Of a stretch of 64,000 nucleotides of DNA, positions 53,768 through 64,000 are shown one piece after another (positions within the stretch are counted from its first letter, which is position 1; each line of letters opens with the position of its first letter). The notes below the pieces were generated by a model, which saw nothing but the letters and a program-made list of their open reading frames with translations, ran no database searches and was not told the DNA's origin. The translations under genes and the position numbers were made by a program. Origin of the DNA: Eledone cirrhosa (lineage: Eukaryota). The DNA lies in NCBI GenBank assembly GCA_964016885.1, contig OZ024750.1:27218001-27282000 (forward strand), in the 5' to 3' direction.

Positions 53768-53831
53768 ATGTCCTCCATTTCTATTGCTGGATTTATTATA
53801 TTATTAACATGGCAGAACACTTTAGCAGATG
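53768..53831 (+). CDS. Gene 2 signal-peptide exon (MSSISIAGFIILLTWQNTLAD)
   Basis: gcaATG start, hydrophobic core, T-L-A cleavage-like site, strong phase-1 donor G|gtaaga that joins the 56031 exon in frame. Confidence 0.75.
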
Positions 53832-54006
53832 GTAAGATAATAACTCATTTGTTATTCTATTCACTTATTTTATACTTTGATTTCTTGTCTGTCCTCAAAT
53901 ATTTTTCTCATTTTCATTAATACTGTCATGTTGTCACCTGATCCTCCAACCTAACAGGAGCGGGCACATTAATAGTTGACATGGAGTTAATAACCGTTGT
54001 AGTCGG

Positions 54007-54080
<74 letters not shown>

Positions 54081-54949
54081 ACTTACTCCACTATATATCG
54101 GGTCTTCGTTAACACAGCATAGCGCCACCCACATCCGCCACATCTCTTGTGTGTCCATCGATTTCACTCTGTGCACCTTATAGAAAACCTGCCCACCATT
54201 TTCTGGCATATCGAACACAGCCATTTCCCTGATTGTATCTCCATCTTGTCTTCTTTCGTGCTTAGCCCTTTTGCCTCTGATGCCATTAGTTTTAAGCTTT
54301 TCAACTCTAGTTTCTTGCATGTTTGAAGTTTTGTCCCTTACCATCCTACTGATTCAGTTGAAGTACTCAGTACAGTTTTGAAATACTTAGTGTCGTTTTC
54401 TTGATTCAAATGCATTCAGACTGGCTGCCTAAGAGACGTACAAATATGACTTATTAAACTTACCAAACTAAAGGAGCTTCCAGCGCCCCTATAGCGCCCC
54501 TCTAGCCCCCCTCAAAATCTTCAAACGCCCCGCTAAAGTCACCTTGCTCCAAAATGCCCCCCCCCCCTGGAGCTCGAACGGCCCCCCAGGAGTGCATATG
54601 CCTCCCGTTGAGAACCTTTGATCTACATCTAGCTTCCTAAGTGTCCACCATACTACGGAGAATGGGACCCTATTAAAGGGTTCTCCCTGTCTACAAAATC
54701 TAGATACAATAACTTACACTTCGCTAAGTACCTCTCAAGCAGTCGTCGTACTATAAAGGGGGAATCAATGGCACTCTTCTTCTTCTTCTTCTTCTTCTTG
54801 CTAAAATGGTAGTGGGTGGGGGAAGAGTCTTCAACCATTCGTTCCAGTGGGTTTGTCAGAAGCAGCCGTCTCCAAATAATCCGGCTGGATCCCCAATCTA
54901 GACCAAATATACTCATGGATGTTATCCAATCATCTTGCGCGGTCTCTGT

Positions 54950-55730
54950 CTCTGGGCTTCCTTCCGGTTGCGTTTACCCGTAAAAACTTTCTAGCGAATT
55001 TTCCCCGAGACATTCTAAACGCAGGGATATAGTATCGTATCTGTAATCTCTCAATTCGGAGAAGTAGCGTCTCTCCCTGGAGGGAGACCTGATCTCCAAG
55101 CTACGCACCCTACTGAGTAACGTTACTCAAAATACCCTTTGGAGGATCCCTATTGCTGACGCTTGTATTGACGATCATGTTCGTTTCGTCATTACCCAGG
55201 TTCATGACCATAATAAGTGTTGACACGAACACCGTACTGAAGATAACCAGTTTGGATTCTTCACCTACATCCCTTCTTCTAAATAACAACAGCTGAAGCT
55301 GGCGCATTACAGCACCAGCTCCTGCAATTCTTGAACTTAATTCAGCCCCATGCGTTCCATCACTTGTGAATATTGCCCCGAGATACATAAATTTCTCCAC
55401 CTGTTTCAGTGGAACGCCATTCATATATAGATTGCAAGGCACAATATTCCTTGAGACGACGAGTATCTCAGTTTTCGCAGCATTGATTTACATTCTAGCC
55501 ATGCAGAACTCGATATCAAACCTACAGAGTGCAATTCGGTGATTACCTTCTGCCGAATTAAGGAATACCGAGTCGTCTAAAAATTCTAGCCGACTGATTT
55601 TACACTTGCCTGTCGTAATACAACTTCTAGCCCGACTGCCCATGTCAATCATTTTCATGTAAATAATGAACACGATAGTTGAAAGGCGCATCCTTGGCAG
55701 AATCCGCCTCCCATATTGAATGGTTTCCAT
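54950..55730 (-). mobile_element. RTE-like LINE RT fragment
   Basis: LEFLDD and LKQVEKFMYLGAIFTSDG in ORFs 55488..55730 and 55110..55442. Confidence 0.7.
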
Positions 55731-56030
55731 TTAGCACCATTTATCCAGTTGTAGTCCTGCCTATCATAAATTCAAACGTCAACTTATCTTTGATTATCTC
55801 CCGAATTAATCATGCTATAACACTTTCAACAAATTTCATTCAATTTACCATGGCTATCCCAGTAATTTGTTGGTAATACTTTCCCGAAATCGTTGAGGTT
55901 GAGAACAACTGAATCTTTTATCACCACTTTAATCTTATAATAATTGATATGGTATATAATTGATACCTCATTTATAACTGTATTTAATTAATGGTATCTT
56001 CAACATTGTCATGTATATTGATATTTTCAG

Positions 56031-56165
56031 AATGCCCAGCAGGAAAGTATGGTGAGTTTTGTCGATTGACATGCCATTGTTTCAAAGACAGTAAGTGTGA
56101 CAATCTAACCGGAAGGTGTCCAACTGGATGTCTTGCAGGTTATATGGGAGACAGCTGCAACACAG
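56031..56165 (+). CDS. Gene 2 first EGF exon (CPAGKYGEFCRLTCHCFKDSKCDNLTGRCPTGCLAGYMGDSCNT)
   Basis: ttttcag acceptor, cag|gtattt donor, 135 nt, phase 1, 8 Cys. Confidence 0.9.
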
Positions 56166-56191
56166 GTATTTCCTAATGATGCTAAGTATTT

Positions 56192-56322
<131 letters not shown>

Positions 56323-56928
56323 AGAAAATGCGAAGTAGTTTCAGATGTCCTTTAATGATAATGTTGTGATACATCTTTCAATGACGACATTGGCCACATG
56401 CTTCCGTGTACCCAGTGCCATGACATCATCAGACAGCTTCTTACATAATGAGGTTATGTTCCCGAGGCAATCCAAATTGAATCGACAAGGGAACGGACAA
56501 AGCCACTGTTCTTGAATCCTGCCGCCGACCCCTTGTGTGTCCCAATTCCCCCCCACCGGTTTGCGCAGGCACAAGTCCGAAGGAAATTGACCATACACCA
56601 TCCCACAACTCTACGAAACTCACCTAGGCCGGTCCCCTCACACCCCAACCATGTCTGTAATATGACATGGTTATAGTTTACTGCTAGTCGCCCTGCCAGT
56701 GGCAGTTGACCGACACCTAGTGGTAGTGGTAGAGTATGAGTTTCAATAGGCCTCGATACTACCCCTAAATTATGCTTGGACAATAGAATTAACCATCACC
56801 CGTTAAGAGAATATAAACTTAACTTTAGATATGGTTTCACAGTGGAAATTATGATTGAAAATTAGAAATTAAAAATTCACAAGCTAAAATCTTGATTGAA
56901 GTAATATATATATATATACATACACACG

Positions 56929-57935
<1,007 letters not shown>

Positions 57936-58389
57936 ATATATATATATAATAAATAGGGAGATGTTTAAATTATAGTAAGAAGTTTTGAAATGGGATCAAT
58001 ATTACAGATATATTATCCATTTATTGAACGTACAGTAGACCGGAGTTTAAATTACAGTATGAAACGTAGTAATTAGGGAAATAACACCGTGTAACATATG
58101 TTTTGTCCCCGGTTCTAAGTGTCATTTCATGGTTTGTTATATCCCATTATTATTTAAAAAAATACTACTATTTAATCAGAAGTTTGTGTTTGTGGTCAGG
58201 AGTTTGATATTTCGAAATTTTCATATTTTTCAAGAAAAAAGACATTTAAAAAAATTTATCAGTTCATATAATTAAATCAACAGAGTATATATTTATTTTA
58301 TTACACAAGCTTATCAAAAGCAAACAAGTAAAAACAAATAACACTTATAAAGCAACTTATACACGTCAGAAATGACTGGATTTCTTGGA

Positions 58390-60020
58390 TATGATGAAAC
58401 ACCTTCTTTATCTGAGGTCCAACACAAATTACACCTTTGATTTTGGCCTCAGTTATCTTGGGGAAGAACTCAAGAAGGTACTTAAAAGCGGCTGATTCTT
58501 GGTCGAGAGCCTTCACAAACTGCTTCATCAACCCCAACTTAATGTGCAGTCGCGGCATGAGCACAATCCTGGGATCAACCAGTGGCTCCACATGACGTTC
58601 CAGGTCCCAACTACAAATTCTGTTAGCTGTTCCCAGTTCTTTCTTTTGCAGTGGTCAGAGGTGGCTCTGCTGTCTCAAAAGCAGTCGAAGCATTGGAATT
58701 TGATAAAGCCTCTTTGGAGTCCAAGCAGGAAACCCACCATCTTGAAGTCGCCAATGATTTCCCAATTGTACTGGTTGTATTGCAGAGCTTCCAAGAGGAC
58801 ATTCACACTGTAGTAATCTTCCTTCGGGCAGACTGAATGAGCTAGGGGCAGTGTCGGGAATTTGTTTCCATTGTGGAGGAGGACAGCCTTCAAACTTGTG
58901 GTGGAGCTGTCTATAAATATCCGCCACTCCTTGGGCACAAACGGCACTCCAATAACGTCAAACAGTCCAGGTACGTCATGGCAGAAGCAGAGGCCATCCC
59001 TAAGTGTGTAAAAGCCTGAGAAAGGTTCGTCTCGGCTTCTCTGACTTGTCAGCTGCACTTCCTCCTTGACCAAGTTCCACTGCTTCATCCTGGAGACGAA
59101 TGCTTAAAACACAACTTACCCTTTATTCAGGGTGCAAAAATCCAGTATCAATAAATCTCTTTAATCCACTTTTTAACAATTTTATACTTTATTGCACTTT
59201 TATAATTTTCTTTAGGTATTATTCTTTATTTTATAATTTTAATTTAAAATGAAACATATATAAAAAAATCATTTAATATAAGCAAATTAAACTTACATAC
59301 AACGTAAAATCCAGCATAAAAATAATTCTAGTAAAAAGCTTAGAATTTTCACAAACCCCAACTTTTAACTGTTTAATAGCACTTTTTTTATTTATTTGGG
59401 ACCTAAGCAACACAAAAAAAAGTGATTACCAGCCAGAAACAGAGAAAAAAAGATATTAACTATAGTTAATATCTTCTTCTATCATATGAATCAAAACAAA
59501 ACAAAAAGTTCTTCATCCTCAGTGTATACTGATTAATGTTCCGAGCGATCCTTAGCATTCTCGTGTATCGCCCATCCACCGTCTGAGTAAGTTTCTTGGT
59601 CAGTGCCCCAGTCTCAGACCCATACAGTAGCCCAGACTCCACTACAGCAACGAAGAGACGGATCTTCAGGTCTTTACGAAGGTCCGACTTCCAAACCTAT
59701 CTCAAACTGTGGCACGCTGCCAACGCTTTGCTCTTCCTCTCTACCACATCATCTTCTGTATTTCCAATTTGTCCCAGATACAGGAAGTCGTCAACCAATT
59801 CTAGCGGTTTCCCCCCTACATTAATAATCTTCTCTGGCTTCTTAATATTCTCTACCATATACTTCATCTTAATCTCATTCATTCAAAGCCCCATACTCAT
59901 CGACACAGTCTCCACCTCCTGAATTAAATCCTCTGCCTCCTTCACTGTGTTTGTCACCAGAACTATGTCATCGACAAATTCACCATTCGATATCTTTTTC
60001 GCCTCAACACTGCTGCTCTG
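58390..60020 (-). mobile_element. Transposase remnant (58390-59100) plus RTE-like fragment (59510-60020); paralogous to 1-1270
   Basis: LHIKLGLMKQFVKALD and FIDSSTTSLKAVLLHNGN; 58616-59892 aligns with 1-1270. Confidence 0.75.
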
Positions 60021-60600
60021 GGCAAATGTTACAGTAAAATGCAAATAAGCTAATCCGGAGAAGACAAAGGTGATTAGTTATGCAGATTTCTAGCCAGTAT
60101 AGAGAAGGTTAATGTGCTCAGTGCATATAGGTTGTTAGACTAGCGAACCATGTGATTAAATGAGAGATAGCTTAACAATCGTATAATAAGCAGAGTAAAA
60201 ACCATTTTTTTAAATTCTGGAGAGAATAACAAAGATGTATGAATACATGTATATATTTAATGGCTGACAAGTATGGCAGTGAAAAAACTTTATAACAGCC
60301 ATTTTGCGTGGCTGCTATAGCGTCCTTTCACATCTAACCTTTTAATATCAATATTCCACATTTAAAGAAGGTTTTTCACTTGGGAGATATAATTTAATTT
60401 CTGAATTAATATATTATGAACAATTTATTTTTGGTAGGCTCTGATGATAATAGTAATTTCTAATGGAGTAATATCTATTTATATTCGATATCCCAACATG
60501 TATGTCCATCCTTACTGTGCAATATTTGAAAAAACTTGTCAGCCATTAAATATATACATATATTTATAAATCTTTGTTATTCTCTCCACCATTTTCAATA

Positions 60601-60639
<39 letters not shown>

Positions 60640-60643
<4 letters not shown>

Positions 60644-60831
60644 AACCAGTAAGACCCCGACAGCTGAGCTCAAGCCGTTTCGACGGCTAATTCGGGTCCA
60701 GAATTAGCCGTCGAAACGGCTTGAGCTCAGCTGTCGGGGTCTTACTGGTTCCTATTACCCACTCTACTACCTCAAGTATTGAGTACTTTGGTGCGTTATG
60801 GTCCACCTGGTTCCTTACCACATTTCCTTCG

Positions 60832-60833
<2 letters not shown>
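60640..60833 (+). mobile_element. Fold-back half-hammerhead element
   Basis: Reverse complement of 44989-45198 with a different loop. Confidence 0.7.
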
Positions 60834-60896
<63 letters not shown>

Positions 60897-61116
60897 TCAT
60901 TAAATTGACTTGACAAACCATAATTATTTAACAGCTTATAACAAGAAATATAATTTTTTAATAGCGGTGATTAATCAAACAGATAATTTTAACATGCACC
61001 GGAATTACCTCCCTTAGTACACAAAATCTTTACTCCATTTAGTAACACGAAGTAATGGATTTCGATGTTAACATTTTGCTCGTAACCTTACAGGGTTCAT
61101 TATTAATTTCTTTGCC

Positions 61117-61162
61117 AGTAATGCACTGGGTCAGTACTGGCCTTGTGCCTAAAGTAGAAACA
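61117..61162 (+). mobile_element. 46-bp SINE 3'-end stub with 18-bp TSD
   Basis: TSD attattaatttctttgcc at 61099-61116 and 61163-61180. Confidence 0.8.
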
Positions 61163-61999
61163 ATTATTAATTTCTTTGCCTATTTAACCGCCTCAGACGA
61201 GCCCCATTGGGCGAAACATATGTAAGAGATTTTTATAAATGTGTTTTAACGGCTTGCTTCTCTTTCATCAATTTTTTCGATTATATAAATATACATGTAT
61301 ATATACATATATATAAACGGAAAAAATGAAACGAAATTTCATTTCTCACTCTTAGTACGGCTGTTACTTAAATATAAGTATATTTACAAACACACCGAGC
61401 ATTATAATAAATGTTCGGTGAATCCATACGTACATATATGTATGTGTGCATGTATGTATAAATATATACATATTACTGTACGTCTGTATACATATATGTA
61501 TGTACGTATACATACTTATACATATATATATACATGTAATTGTTCTCATTGTACAACATAATGACGTATTATCTTCGTTTTTTTTCGTTCATTACCAGAG
61601 AACGTCTCCATGAACCACCTAATAGAATATTAGTCTACGACTTCTTTTATACCATAAACGTGGTTTTGTCTTTGCGTGTAATTGTTTTTCCACGCTCCAA
61701 ATAATGACGTATTATCTTCGTTTTTTTTCGATCTTTGCCCGGGAACGTTTTTACGAACCAAAGTATCGTCTTCCTGTCTTCCTTCAGTTGCAGCGTTTTT
61801 TGAAATATTTACTTCTGCGTTCACAGATTGACTTTGTTAGTTTCAGAAGATCCAGTTAAGGGTGAAAGCAGCGATTATTTGCTTAAACTTTAATCTGTTA
61901 TTTTAATAAATATTTGCTCTACGGTTCTTTTATATCTGATATATATTTATCCTTATCGAGCCCTCTTTGGATTTTAGTCTTCAAATTTATATTTTATTG

Positions 62000-62050
<51 letters not shown>

Positions 62051-62106
62051 TTTATAGAAGGAACTTCTACAGGACAAGTACCGTTTCATTCAGATGTAAT
62101 CTTCAT

Positions 62107-62159
62107 GAGCTTCCTGAAGATTTCATCTGAATGAAACAGTACTAGTCCTGTAGAAGTTC
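62107..62159 (+). ncRNA. Type-I hammerhead motif within hairpin 62053-62168
   Basis: gagcttc-CTGAAGA-tttcatctgaat-GAAA-cag..ct-GTA|gaagttc; a related degenerate motif is on the - strand of each array unit (e.g. 18727-18775). Confidence 0.6.
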
Positions 62160-62910
62160 CTTCTATAAAATAAAAAAATTTTACTCTGCCATGTATTGAG
62201 TACCTTACTTACTGTGGTTATCCCCGACTCAACCCGGGACCTACGTATATATATATATATATGTATTATATATATATATATATTATATATCCCCATTTTT
62301 TGGACGATTCGGATGTGTATATACCATTGACCATAACACACACTTGAGGATATGGATGTTACAATTGGATCTATACACGTACAGCAGAACACTGAACTGA
62401 ACTTACTTGCGCGCACGCGCGCGTGTGTGTATGTGTGTGTAGCGTTGGTTATCCCCATAATTTCCGATTTACATCGTGAAATTGAGATTTGACCGACATA
62501 GTTTCTGTTGCTTTGCGAACTAACTTTTCGGTGATTGCTGTGTTGTTACATTCTTATATGTGCCTTTTCTCGGATATCGCTTCGGTGTGTGTTAAAGTTT
62601 GTGTGTACCCACCCACGCTAATTCTGCGGGTTTAATATTGTGTTGATGTGTGTGTATAAATGTATTTATTTTTATTTTTATTTGACCTCGAGCCGATGTT
62701 TGCGGGTGTGGGGCGTTTGTGTACCCACTCACTTCTAATGTATCCCTACGGATTTGTTTGATGTCCAGCGTCTTTTGCAGCGATAGAAGTCTGGAAACTT
62801 TTATGACCTCAACTAAAGCTAATAGCAGTCGCCTTGTCTCTGACTGACTGGTGTGCCTCCATATGAGGGAATGAATTATGTGAGAGAACATCGTTATTTT
62901 TTCTCCCTCA

Positions 62911-63095
62911 GGGCAGTGGATTGGCAGTATCGGTAGAGGGTCGGACGCCAAGCCTTCCAGCATAGTTACGTCCCTTTACGATCTGAGTTCAAATCCCGCC
63001 GAGGTTGACTTTGCCTTTCATCCTTACGGGGTCGATAAAATAAAGTACCAGTAATGCACTGGGTAATTGCTGGCCTTGTGCCTAAAGTAGAAACA
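62911..63095 (+). mobile_element. Full-length SINE with 18-bp TSD, inserted into a PLE repeat
   Basis: TSD gttattttttctccctca at 62893-62910 and 63096-63113; the empty site is present (rc) at ~13785-13815. Confidence 0.9.
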
Positions 63096-63309
63096 GTTAT
63101 TTTTTCTCCCTCATATCAAGAATTTGAAGACAATTCATTTTCACAAGATGACAAGAAAGTATGTTTTGAAACAGTGAGCAGGTTTGAAATTAGAAAATAG
63201 AATAGCTTTCACCGTACTTTTCAACTAAAGAAATTTTAGTCAGATGATGGGGTTTAGAACCCTCAGATAAATGGAAAAAGATGAGTATTGACGTACATAT
63301 ATATATTTA

Positions 63310-63342
<33 letters not shown>

Positions 63343-63484
63343 CAGATATATATATATAATAAATACATATAAATAAATATATATATATATATAAATTTAT
63401 ATATATATAAGTATGTATACGTATATGCATATATGTATACAAGCGTACAGTAGTATGTATATACATACATACATGCACACTCAC

Positions 63485-63532
<48 letters not shown>

Positions 63533-64000
63533 ACGTATGGGTTTACCGAACATTTATTATAATACACGGTTTGTTTGTAAACTAACAGTCCGAATTATTA
63601 GACGTACAGTGTTCGGCAACCATCGTTACCATTTTGTTCAACACTGACAAAGGAACGGTGAAATAGTTTCTAACTTATTAGCTGTCACCAGCAACGTATA
63701 CCTTAATATCAGTTGATTGAACGTTTGAAAGTATATACTTTGCTTTTGCATATCGAGTGAGTACATATATATATATAAATGTGCATATATGTATATATGT
63801 ACTACTCTACGTCTGTATATATACATGTATGTACGTATACATACTTATATTTAAGTATCAGCCGTACTAAGAATGAGAAATAAAATTTCATTTTTTTCCA
63901 TTTATCGTTTACGGTAGGCCCGGCCGACTAACTCACTCGATATGCAAATTAGGCTGCTCAGTCGTAACTATGCATAACGAAAGTATATACTTTCAAACGT

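Overview
Repeat-dense animal genomic DNA with abundant (TA)n/(CA)n/(AAT)n microsatellites. The tRNA-like SINE resembles those of octopus/cephalopods (inference). Most short ORFs in the track are microsatellite or transposon noise. Reading splice sites gives two tandem, same-strand paralogous genes for multi-EGF (8-Cys, MEGF10/11/Draper/SCARF-type repeat) type-I membrane proteins. Gene 1 (5' end not found in the window) has 14 phase-1 135-nt EGF exons (8203-33635), a transmembrane exon (42887-42983) and a probable Asp/Asn-rich tail exon (46243-46462). Gene 2 begins with a signal-peptide exon (53768-53831) and an EGF exon (56031-56165). Thirteen of the gene-1 EGF exons lie in a ~2.56-kb tandem array (17721-34427). 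Every repeat unit carries a sense-strand type-I hammerhead ribozyme motif (core intact in 6 of 7 units), and a Penelope-like GIY-YIG fragment sits at every unit junction. The exon variants differ almost only by amino-acid-changing substitutions. Introns and the intergenic region hold many more hammerhead-bearing Penelope-like or retrozyme-like elements (inverted repeats, palindromes, partial tandems of 619 and 701 nt). They also hold R4/Dong-like, CRE-like and RTE-like non-LTR retrotransposons, SINEs with clear TSDs, and DNA-transposon remnants. All folds and alignments were done by eye; nothing was computed or searched.
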